NCBI RefSeq assembly: GCF_026626665.1
Contig: NZ_JAPNKE010000002.1
Span: 1,293,204 to 1,357,203 of the forward strand
Reading direction: 5' to 3'
DNA length: 64,000 bases
DNA from: Nannocystis pusilla
Lineage (GTDB): Bacteria; Myxococcota_A; Polyangia; Nannocystales; Nannocystaceae
Shown: piece by piece, positions 29,206 through 39,207 of the stretch
Layout of the letters: every line of letters starts with the position of its first letter
How positions within the stretch are numbered: the first letter of the stretch is position 1
The notes under the pieces: generated by a model
Told to the model about the DNA's origin: nothing
The model's input: only the letters and a program-made list of their open reading frames with translations
The model's database searches: none
Position numbers and translations under genes: made by a program

Positions 29206-30744
29206 TCAAGGCGCGAGGGCGTCGAGCTCGATGCGGAGGGCGCGGACGACGATCTCGCCCGGGAGGGCGCCGTGCAGGCGCAGGCCGACCGCCAGCGAGT
29301 CGCCATACGCCTGCGCGTGCGTGGCGACGAGGGTGTCGCCGAACTCCGACCAGGCGTCGGACGTCGCCAGCCGGGGGATGGGCAGCGTGAGGACCTCGAC
29401 CGGGTCGGCGCCGTCCATGGTCACGCGGAACACGTGCAGCGTCGAGGCGGTGGCGTCGCTGACCACCGAGGGCTGGCAGAAGCAGCCGAAGCGCTCCTCA
29501 CATTCGAGCGTGTACTCGTAGGTGGTGTCGAGCTGGGTGGTGACCACGACGGCCCAGGCGAGGCCGTCCGGCGTGCGGGCGAGCGTGGCGGTGTGGTCCT
29601 CGAAGCCGGTGGCCGTGGCGATGCACGACGCCGGGCAATTGTCGTCGTCGTCGGGCGACACCGAACCTTCGCACATGCTCTCGAGCAGACCGAAGCCGGG
29701 GATCTGGGCGGCGGCGCTGGTCTCGTCGTCGATCGGCCAGGCGACCTCGAGGAGCGCGTCGTCCTGGATGAGCGCGGCGAACGGAGCCCCGACCGGCGGG
29801 GTCGGCTGCGCGCTCGGGACGAGGAAGTAGTGCTGCCCGCTCGACGAGTTGAAGTTCTTGCCGAGGCGCTGCAGGGCGCCGTCGACCTCGACGTCGAGCC
29901 AGTACAGGGTGTCTTCCTTGCGCATGTCGGCGGCGAGGAGGCGCCCCTGCGCGTCGCGCCCGAACTTGGGCGTGCCATAGCCGCCGGTCGGGAAGGCGAC
30001 GGACGTGCTGGTCCACGCGCCCTGGTCGTCGCGGACGAGCTCGCGGAAATCCTCGGGCCCCTCGCCGAAGTGCCAGATGTGCGGCCGGCCGTCGGGGAGG
30101 ACCTGGAACCCGGCCAGCGGCTCGCCGGCGATGCCCACGTGGGCGGTCTCCTCGGCCCAATCTCGAGCCTCGGCGACGTAGGCGATGTCGGCGTCGCCGG
30201 GGTCGAGCATGCCCTGGACCTCGGCCGCGACGTGCAGGTCGCCGCCGGGGCCGGCGGCGAGGTGAATCGTGCTCCGCGCGAAGCGAGCAGGCAGCGTGAC
30301 TCGCTGGGCCGAGTCGGTCGTGACACGGAAGAGCATGCTGTCGGAGCTGCTCGAGGTGGCGACCCAGGTGACGTCGGGCGTGGGAGCGACGCGGACGCCA
30401 GGGCTGCCGAATTCGGAGTCGCCGCAGCGAAGCTCGACGTCGCCGGAGATCGGGCACGGGCCGGAGGGACAGACGGCGGCGGCGTGGTCGCCCGGGAAGA
30501 CCTGGACGTCGCACGCGGGCAGCGGCGGATCGACGGTCGTGGTGGACGTCGTGGTCGGCTCGTCGAGCGTGGTCGTGGAGGTCGGGGTGAGGGTGGTGGT
30601 GGTCGTGGTCTCGCCGGGATCGGTGGTGCCGTCGGTGGTGGTCTGGGTGCCGCCGTCGGTGGTGGATTCGCTGGTCGAGGTCGAAGGACCACACGCGAGG
30701 GCCAGGGCGCTGGCGTTGGCGAGGAGCATAAGTAGGCTGCGCAT
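29206..30744 (-). CDS. Lipoprotein with Thr-rich linker and a large C-terminal domain of unknown function
   Basis: MRSLLMLLANASALALACG. TTTDGTTDPGETTTTTT linker. ATG at 30742-30744 (complement). The rest of the 1093-aa ORF upstream is Arg-rich junk. Confidence 0.65.
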   Translation of the reverse strand: MRSLLMLLANASALALACGPSTSTSESTTDGGTQTTTDGTTDPGETTTTTTLTPTSTTTLDEPTTTSTTTVDPPLPACDVQVFPGDHAAAVCPSGPCPISGDVELRCGDSEFGSPGVRVAPTPDVTWVATSSSSDSMLFRVTTDSAQRVTLPARFARSTIHLAAGPGGDLHVAAEVQGMLDPGDADIAYVAEARDWAEETAHVGIAGEPLAGFQVLPDGRPHIWHFGEGPEDFRELVRDDQGAWTSTSVAFPTGGYGTPKFGRDAQGRLLAADMRKEDTLYWLDVEVDGALQRLGKNFNSSSGQHYFLVPSAQPTPPVGAPFAALIQDDALLEVAWPIDDETSAAAQIPGFGLLESMCEGSVSPDDDDNCPASCIATATGFEDHTATLARTPDGLAWAVVVTTQLDTTYEYTLECEERFGCFCQPSVVSDATASTLHVFRVTMDGADPVEVLTLPIPRLATSDAWSEFGDTLVATHAQAYGDSLAVGLRLHGALPGEIVVRALRIELDALAP

Positions 30745-31014
30745 GCGCGGGAGCCTATCACGGACCCGGGGCGCGGCGGGGCAAAGGATCGGCGGGTGAT
30801 ACTCGCTGTTGCTGATAGTCGCCCGGGGCAATGGGGGGACAGCATTGCATGCACCGCGGGTCCCTCGAGTGTGTCGCGCACGCTGCGCGTGATGCTTGGG
30901 GGAGCGTTGCAGCCCCTCGCGACATCGCGCGGGGCGCTTGCTTCCATTTCGACGTGGCTCGAGTCGTCGACGGGATCGGGTATAAGTCCCGCCGCTGCTG
31001 GAGAGCGAAGACCG

Positions 31015-32475
<1,461 letters not shown>

Positions 32476-32597
32476 CGCCGCGGGCAACGGTCGAGTCCGG
32501 TGGCGCGGTCGCCCGCGCCGCGAGGACCCGCACCCGTGGACCTTCAGCCGTGTCGCGCGGGCGGTGCACTCTGAGGGTCCCTCCGAGGAGAGACCCC

Positions 32598-33185
32598 ATG
32601 CGTGGACTCAAAACGCTCGTATGTGCCCTCGCGCTCGCGGCCTGCGAAGGCGGCGAGGGTGGAGCCGACAGCAACAACGGACAGGTCAGCGTCGAGCTCG
32701 AGGGCTACTGCATCGCGACCTTCACGGGCAGCCACGAGATCCTCAACCTCAGCGGCGGCGTCGCGCTCCGCGTCGAGGAGGGGCAGCGCTATCTGCTGAC
32801 CGGTCTGCCGGACTCGCCGGCGATCGTGTACCAGCACAGAGATGGGGCGTTCGACCTCGAGCTCGACGTGGCCACCGCGCCGATCGAGGCGCCGTGCCTG
32901 GCCGAAGGCGCGGCGCTGGCGGGGGAGTACGTCGCGTTCGCCGAGCTCGAGTTGTATTCGGACCAGGCCCTGCAAGATTTGGTGTGCACGATCGAGAAGT
33001 TCGCGAGCGGCAGCGGGATGGGCTTCGGCTACGGCTACGTCGCGAACAACGTCTACGAGGTCATCCCTGGCGGCGCTTTCTGCGACGGCCTGAAGTCGGG
33101 CTACGTGCGAGCGACGCGGATCACGATCGGCGACATGGGCCACGTCGGGGTGCCGGTCTGGCAGCTCTTCAAGCTCGAGGAGTGA
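32598..33185 (+). CDS. Small lipoprotein, unknown function
   Basis: MRGLKTLVCALALAAC. GAGGAG SD 7 nt upstream. 195 aa. Confidence 0.6.
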   Translation: MRGLKTLVCALALAACEGGEGGADSNNGQVSVELEGYCIATFTGSHEILNLSGGVALRVEEGQRYLLTGLPDSPAIVYQHRDGAFDLELDVATAPIEAPCLAEGAALAGEYVAFAELELYSDQALQDLVCTIEKFASGSGMGFGYGYVANNVYEVIPGGAFCDGLKSGYVRATRITIGDMGHVGVPVWQLFKLEE

Positions 33186-33277
33186 GCCCGGCAGAGGCGG
33201 AGGCGCCGAGCGGACCTCGGTGAGCTCTCGATGTCGCGGCTGGGGGTCGCCGGGTATCGTCTGGACCGAGGGGCGCC

Positions 33278-34126
33278 ATGACGACAGACACCGACCATTC
33301 GTGGTCCGAGATCATCGACGAGCAGGACGGCTGGCGGGAGATGCACCTCAATTGCACCTTCGCCGACGAGGTCGACTTGCCGTCGCTGCTGGCGCGACCC
33401 GAGCTCGACGCGACCCGCGAGCTGTGGATCGAGCACTGGATGACCGCCGATGCGCTGCGGGACGACTATCGCCCGTGGTTCGAGGCCCTGGCCGGGCGAC
33501 CCTTGCCGGCGCTGCGCAGCCTGACTTCGGCGGCTACTCGGACCGCTCGATCGACGCGCACCTGGGGACGGCGGCCGGGCTCGCCGCGACGCTGGAGACG
33601 CTCGAGCGCCTGGTTCTCGTCGGCGACGGCTCGCAGCTCGTCCCGCTCCGTGCGCCGCGATTGCGCGAGCTGTGGCTCGAGCACGGCGCCTTCCCGGCCG
33701 CGGTCGCGCGGGAGGTGCTGGCGACCAGCGTGATGCCGTCGCTGGTGGCGGCGCGGATCCGGCTGAACGATATGGACGGCGAGATCCGAGCTGGCGACGT
33801 TCGGCCGGATCGCCGCGCTGTTCGAGCGCGACGACATCGAGCTCGAGCACCTCACGCTCTCGGGCGTGGCGTTCGCCCGCGACGACTTCGCGGCGCTGCT
33901 CGCCTCGCCGGTGACGACCCGCCTGAAGCTGCTCGACCTCGGCCGCGGCTGCACGGTCGAGGGCGGCGCCGAGACGGTGCTGAAGCTCCGCGAACGGCTC
34001 CCGGACGTGCTCGTCGTGCCGCCGATGGGCGTCGAGGCGGCCGCGCTCGTCGCCGGCGGGCTGCGGTCGTGCGCGCGCCACGAGCTCCATGCGACGATCG
34101 GCTCGGCGGTCCCCAGTCGCTGGTAG
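33278..34126 (+). CDS. Hypothetical LRR-like protein with two apparent frameshifts (near 33530 and 33787)
   Basis: Three consecutive plausible segments in frames 33278, 33220 and 33866: MTTDTDHSWSEIIDEQDGWREMHLNCTFADEVDLPSLLARPELDATRELW...; ...LVLVGDGSQLVPLRAPRLRELWLEHGAFP...; ...LEHLTLSGVAFARDDFAALLASPVTTRLKLLDLGRGCTVEGG... Confidence 0.45.
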
Positions 34127-34402
34127 CTCACCGCGGCGCAGCAGGCCGGTGGATGCCGTCCGGCGAGCAACCACGGTGACGAGGCGGGCGAGGCGAGGTC
34201 GACGCGCGCGGGTCGTCAGCGAGCGGTGAGCGGCGCGCGCTGGGACAGTCGCAGCGGTGCGAACGCGCCTCGCACCGTTGCGACGACGCGGCGACTCGCG
34301 ACGCGTACACTCGCCGCATACGCTCGTGGGTGCGACTGTGAGCATTGCTCACGGCGCGCACGAGCTGACGCCGATCCATCGATCAGGCACGAGGAACCGA
34401 CC

Positions 34403-34618
34403 ATGAAGAAGCTTGCATTCATTCTGTCCTTCGCAGCCGGCATCGTCATCGCCAACACCGCGCTCGCGGCCCAGCCCACCAAGGCCTGCACCGCCAGCAA
34501 CGAGGGCGAGACCGTGACCACGTGGAACAAGGCGCACACGCGCTCGGAGACGTATCTCTGCAGCTCGGGCTGGCAGCTCATCCGCGTGTGCGCCAACGGC
34601 GTCTGCGAAGACTATTGA
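34403..34618 (+). CDS. Small secreted 4-Cys peptide (71 aa precursor)
   Basis: MKKLAFILSFAAGIVIANTALA|AQPTKACTASNEGETVTTWNKAHTRSETYLCSSGWQLIRVCANGVCEDY. GAGGAA SD 6 nt upstream. Codon usage is AT-richer than neighbours. Confidence 0.5.
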   Translation: MKKLAFILSFAAGIVIANTALAAQPTKACTASNEGETVTTWNKAHTRSETYLCSSGWQLIRVCANGVCEDY

Positions 34619-34635
34619 GGCGACCGTCCCTGCGC

Positions 34636-35583
34636 TCATTTGGATTCGACCCGTCCGAGCGGGTCGGCGGCGCCGGTCAGCGCATTCCGGGCGTCCTGCC
34701 ACGCGGGGTCTCCGGGATAGAGCTGCGTGCGGAGGAAGGCCGCCGAGAGGCGCTGGACGACGGCGACGCGGTCGGGGTTCTCGTCGGTGGTCTCGGCGGC
34801 GTCGTAGCCCGAGACGCCGCCGAGGCCGTGCCCGGCGTCGAACAGGGTCAGCAGGGACTTGGGGCCAGGCGCGAGGACGTAGGGATCCGCGTGCCAGGCG
34901 GGGCCTGCGGTCGTCAGGTGGGACGACCCGTCCTTGTCGCCGGCGACGACGAGCGCGGGCGTCGTCATCGTGGAGAAGTCGATGGTCGAGAAGAAGGGGT
35001 AGTGCTCGGCCGCGTACTGGCTGAGGGCGTCGCCTCGGCCGGGCGCGGCGAGCAGCACGCCCGCGCGGATCCGTGGCTCCGCGAGGCTCACCTCGCTGCC
35101 GTCGCGCGGATCTCGGTGCCGCGCGCCGAGCAGCACGCTCGCGGTGTGCCCGCCCATCGAGTGGCCGAGGACGGCGACCTTGCTGCGATCCACGCGCCCG
35201 GCGATCGCTGGCGCGGCGCGCTCGAGCGTGTCGAGCTGGTCGAGGATCCGCCTCATGTCCTCGGCGCGCGCGCGCCAGAAGAGCGGCGCATCCGGGTGAT
35301 CGGAGCCGCGGAAGGGCAGGGTCTTCGAGTCGAGGTGGGTGGGCTGGATCACGACGAAGCCGTGAGCCGCGAAGTAGTGGGCGAGGGGCGCGTAGCCGTT
35401 CAGGGAGGAGAGAAAGTTGGAGGGGCCGTGGCCGTGCGAGAGCAGGAGGATGGGGAGCGCGTCGCCGGTCACGGGCGCCGAGACGCGCAGCTGGAGCTCC
35501 ACCGGGCGGCCGGGGGCCGGGAGCACGATGGGGCAGATCGAGAGGACCTGGGTGGGGCGCGCTGCGGGAGTGGGATCGGTCAT
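34636..35583 (-). CDS. Alpha/beta hydrolase (chlorophyllase/dienelactone-hydrolase-like)
   Basis: GHSMGG nucleophile elbow, HGHGPSNF. 315 aa. Confidence 0.8.
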   Translation of the reverse strand: MTDPTPAARPTQVLSICPIVLPAPGRPVELQLRVSAPVTGDALPILLLSHGHGPSNFLSSLNGYAPLAHYFAAHGFVVIQPTHLDSKTLPFRGSDHPDAPLFWRARAEDMRRILDQLDTLERAAPAIAGRVDRSKVAVLGHSMGGHTASVLLGARHRDPRDGSEVSLAEPRIRAGVLLAAPGRGDALSQYAAEHYPFFSTIDFSTMTTPALVVAGDKDGSSHLTTAGPAWHADPYVLAPGPKSLLTLFDAGHGLGGVSGYDAAETTDENPDRVAVVQRLSAAFLRTQLYPGDPAWQDARNALTGAADPLGRVESK

Positions 35584-35712
35584 GGTGTGGATTCCCTTCG
35601 ACCTCCTTGGTAGCTCCGGCCGTCGACGCCCGATTGGAAGGACCGGACATTTCCGGAGCGATCACGACCGCGCCGGCTTGAACGATCGCCGCGGGCGCGC
35701 GACAGTCGGTGG

Positions 35713-36492
35713 GTGCTGCACCCGCTGAGCGCCCCCGCCGCGACGTCTCCGCTCTCGCGCTTCCTCGAGGACGTGCTCGTGCTCGTGCCGAGTGCCGGAC
35801 GCGCGCGTTACGAGCGGCTGCCCGACGGCAGGACGACGATGGTGTTCCGCGTGCTCGAGGAGGGCCGCAGCGGCGACGTGTGCGTGGTCGGCCCGCGCAT
35901 GCGGGCGCTGTTCAAGGACGGCGGCGGTGTCGCGCAAGCGATCGTCCTGCAGTTCAAGCCCGGCTGGTCCTCGGCGCTCCTCGGCGTGGCAGCGAACGCG
36001 CTGACGGATCGGGTCGTGCCGCTGGAAGACATCTGGGGTCGCCCGGGCAGCGAGCTCTGCGATGCGCTGCTGGCGACGCGGAGCCTGCCGGAGGTGCTCG
36101 AGCGGGTGTCCCGCGCGCTCGCGCTGCGCTCGCGCGACAGCTTCGAGACGTCGTCGGCACGGCTGGCGCGTCGCGCGGTTCACTTGTTCGAGGGCGGCGA
36201 GGCCCGGGTGGAGCGCGTGGCGGAGCAGCTCGGCGTCACGGCGCGGCATCTTCGTCGCAGCTTCACGGAGTGCGTCGGCATCGGCCCGAAGGACTTCGCG
36301 CGGACCGTCCGCCTGCGACGCGCGGTGCGGATGGCGGCGACGTCGCGGGACTGGGCGCGCATCGCCGCGGACGCGGGCTACTACGACCAGGCGCACCTCA
36401 TCACCGACTTCCGCGAGCTCGTCGGGCTGACGCCGGGCACCTTCCTGAAGCGTGCCGGCTCCGCGGCGACGGCGGTCGAGCTCCGCGATTGA
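35713..36492 (+). CDS. AraC family transcriptional regulator
   Basis: C-terminal HTH: VAEQLGVTARHLRRSFTECVGIGPKDFARTVRLRRAVRMAATSRDWARIAADAGYYDQAHLITDFRELVGLTPGTFL. Confidence 0.8.
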   Translation: MLHPLSAPAATSPLSRFLEDVLVLVPSAGRARYERLPDGRTTMVFRVLEEGRSGDVCVVGPRMRALFKDGGGVAQAIVLQFKPGWSSALLGVAANALTDRVVPLEDIWGRPGSELCDALLATRSLPEVLERVSRALALRSRDSFETSSARLARRAVHLFEGGEARVERVAEQLGVTARHLRRSFTECVGIGPKDFARTVRLRRAVRMAATSRDWARIAADAGYYDQAHLITDFRELVGLTPGTFLKRAGSAATAVELRD

Positions 36493-36507
36493 GCGCCGAC
36501 GCGGCCG

Positions 36508-38190
36508 TCAGACCTGCCAGAGGCGGAGGCCGTAGGCGTCGGCGGCGACGCAGAGCACGCCGTCGACCGAGAGGGCGAGCCCCTCGGCGTCGATGGTGAT
36601 GCGCGGGCGCTCGGGGTCCCGTCCGAGGTCGACGCGCTCGCGGAGCGCGCCCTGCTTCGCGTCGTGGAGGCTCACGGTGCTCGTCACGGTCTTGCTGGCC
36701 GGATCGTACACGCGCTCGCTGACGACGAGGCGCGCGCCGTCGGGCGAGAACGCGAGGTGGAAGCCGGCGTCGGGGGTCTCGTCCGGGTGAATGGCGCCGC
36801 CCTGGAGCTCGTGGAGGACGCGACCGGACTCGAGCTCGACGATGCGCACGAGCGTCCGCTTGCCGAGCGAGCCGAGAGCCACGAGCGCGCCGTCCGCGGT
36901 GGCAGCGAACGCGGAGGCGCCGGTCCAGCTCGTGACGACGGCGCCCGTCTCGAGATCGAAGAGCTTCACCGCGGACGGGCCGGTGAGCATCATGCTGCCC
37001 GCGTCGTAAGCCTGGACGTGGGCGAGCAACCGGTCGCCGGCGGCGCCGAGCCGGCGCACGTTCTTCACTCGGGGCACGGTCTTCGAGGCGCGTTGCGTGG
37101 CGAGGTCGAGGACGTGCAGGGTGTCGGCGGCGTCGGCGACGACGACCCGGCCGCCCACGCAGGCCAAAGCCGTGAGCGTGCGACCCGGCCGCCACGGCTC
37201 GCGCTGGAGCGGCTTGCCCGTCACGCTCGAGCGCAGGACGAGCCGATCGGCGGGCTCGCTTTCCCGCGATCGCTCGAGCACCGCGATGGTCTGGCCGTCC
37301 GGGGACAGGTCCATCGCCGCCGCGTGCTTCTGCTTCCACAGCCGCGCGCGTCGGCCCACGTCGTAGACGAAGAGCTCGTAGTTGGCGCCCCACACCGCGA
37401 GGCGCTGGCCGTCGGGGCTGAACGCGACGCGGCGCGGGTACTCCTCCTCGAGGACCACGGGCGGTTGCTTCAGCGGCGGGAAGGACGGGCGGACGACCGG
37501 CTGCTCGCTGGCGGCGGCTTGCACCTGCGGGCGCACGGGGCCGGGCGCCTTCTTCTTCGGCAGGCGCGCGAGGAGAGGGGCCCACTCTTCCGCCGGGACG
37601 TCCTCGAAGGCGCGCTCGAGCTCTGCGCGCAGATCGATGTTGAGGCTCGCCTCGGCCTTCTTGTCGAGGAAGGCGAAGTACCAGCGCCACGTGCCGAACT
37701 TCGAGAACCACGCGACGAAGTCGGCGAAGCCGAGGCCCTTCAGCGGGTACGCCGCGTCGGCGCGGTGCACGAGGTAGATCGTCGGCTCGTCGGCGAAGTA
37801 GTCGATGGCGAGCTCGTTCGACTCGCCGGCGACGCTGGCGAGCAGCTTGAGCCGCATGCGGAGGTTGAGCTGATCGATCGACTTCTTGTCGTAGTAATCC
37901 CCGTGCTCGTTGAAGAACTGCTCGTAGAAGGGGAGGTCCGCCCACTCGAGCTCGTCCACGTCGGCCTTCTTGACGACGCGGTGCTCGCGGAACGAGCCCT
38001 TCTTGAGCCCGCCGAACATCTCGGCGAGGCCGACGAGGACGGCCTCTTCGCCGTTCCAGGACAGCTTCAGGCCGTCGCTCTTGGCGTAGAAGCGGGCGAC
38101 GTCGCGCGGCAGACCGCCCGGGAGGACGGCGGCGATCGCCGGCTCGAGCTTCGCCAGCTTGCTCGGGGGGGACTTGAGGCGGCGTTCCAT
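36508..38190 (-). CDS. SMI1/KNR4 (SUKH-1)-like N-terminal domain fused to a WD40/beta-propeller
   Basis: LEPAIAAVLPGGLPRDVARFYAKSDGLKLSWNGEEAVLVGLAEM (SUKH-like). Repeated SPDG...L / VWD-type blades in the C-terminal 350 aa. Confidence 0.6.
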   Translation of the reverse strand: MERRLKSPPSKLAKLEPAIAAVLPGGLPRDVARFYAKSDGLKLSWNGEEAVLVGLAEMFGGLKKGSFREHRVVKKADVDELEWADLPFYEQFFNEHGDYYDKKSIDQLNLRMRLKLLASVAGESNELAIDYFADEPTIYLVHRADAAYPLKGLGFADFVAWFSKFGTWRWYFAFLDKKAEASLNIDLRAELERAFEDVPAEEWAPLLARLPKKKAPGPVRPQVQAAASEQPVVRPSFPPLKQPPVVLEEEYPRRVAFSPDGQRLAVWGANYELFVYDVGRRARLWKQKHAAAMDLSPDGQTIAVLERSRESEPADRLVLRSSVTGKPLQREPWRPGRTLTALACVGGRVVVADAADTLHVLDLATQRASKTVPRVKNVRRLGAAGDRLLAHVQAYDAGSMMLTGPSAVKLFDLETGAVVTSWTGASAFAATADGALVALGSLGKRTLVRIVELESGRVLHELQGGAIHPDETPDAGFHLAFSPDGARLVVSERVYDPASKTVTSTVSLHDAKQGALRERVDLGRDPERPRITIDAEGLALSVDGVLCVAADAYGLRLWQV

Positions 38191-38445
38191 GCCGGCGCGA
38201 AGACACCACGAACCGGGCGTCGCGGTGAAGCGGAGATCCCCGGATGCTCATGACGCGAGGCCGGCCTGCTTGGAGGTCGCCGGTGCGTCGCTATTGCGCG
38301 GGCTCCTTCGGCGCGCTTCGAGCGACGAGAGAGCGGGCGAGGTGCAGGCGTCTCCTCGTCGGACAGCGATTGACTCGCCCGTCGTTCGGCGACGGGGAGG
38401 CGGCGATCGCCGGCAGGGGTCGCGGAGAATAGGCTCCCTGCGCGT

Positions 38446-38460
38446 CGTGATGCCATCACG
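38446..38460. promoter_or_regulatory. 15-bp palindrome CGTGATGcCATCACG in a divergent intergenic region
   Basis: 7-bp perfect arms. Lies between the SUKH-WD40 gene and the DUF1622 gene. Confidence 0.3.
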
Positions 38461-38810
38461 TTGGCTCGCGCCGCGCGGCAATCACGAGCTTCGCAAGCCC
38501 GAGGTCGGTCGCGCGGCCGAGCACGCTCGCCGAGGCGAGAAGGGGGGCCGCAAACTGCGCCGGCGGGCTCGTCGGGGCGGTCCGTCGCGCAGCGATCGGG
38601 CGCGCGGGCGGGATGACGCTGCGGCCGCGCCAGGCCGGCGCCGTCGATCATGGTTCCCCGGTGGTGCGTCTCCTCCGTCTCGCTCCGCTGCTGCTGTGCG
38701 CGTGCCCTCTCACCGTGCGCATCGAGGAGCACGCGGCGGCCGAACCGGCAGCCGTCGCGCCCGCCCGCGAGACCTGCGAGAACGCGATCCCGGGCGCGTG
38801 CGCCACGGAG

Positions 38811-39176
38811 ATGGTGCTGGCGTCCGTCGTCCAGTACATGACGTTCTTCGCCGAGCTGTGCGGGGCTCTGGTGATCGCGGTCGCGGTGCTGCGGGCGCTG
38901 GCCCGCTTCATACCGCACCTGCCGCGCCGCGCCTCGGCGCACGACACCTATCAGGACGAGATCCGGCTGCAGCTCGGCAAGTCGCTGGCGCTGGCGCTGG
39001 AGTTCGAGCTGGCGGCCGACATCCTCAAGACCGCGGTGGTGCCGTCGCTGGCGGTGATCGGCCAGCTGGCTGCGATCGTGGTCCTGCGGACGCTGCTGAA
39101 CTACTTCCTCGAGCGCGAGCTCCGGCAGGCAGAGAGCCGCGGAGCACGGCGAGAGACGGCCGAGCGGCCGGGGTGA
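38811..39176 (+). CDS. DUF1622 family membrane protein
   Basis: MVLASVVQYMTFFAELCGALVIAVAVLRALARFIPHL...DEIRLQLGKSLALALEFELAADILKTAV. Confidence 0.65.
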   Translation: MVLASVVQYMTFFAELCGALVIAVAVLRALARFIPHLPRRASAHDTYQDEIRLQLGKSLALALEFELAADILKTAVVPSLAVIGQLAAIVVLRTLLNYFLERELRQAESRGARRETAERPG

Positions 39177-39207
39177 GGTTCGCTGGCGTCGGACGAGCGG
39201 CCAAAAA

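Noticed and set aside
33672-33914. ORF 33672..33914 as a third frame segment of the LRR-like gene
   Set aside because: Its translation is Arg/Ser-rich junk. The gene is better explained by the 33278, 33220 and 33866 frames.
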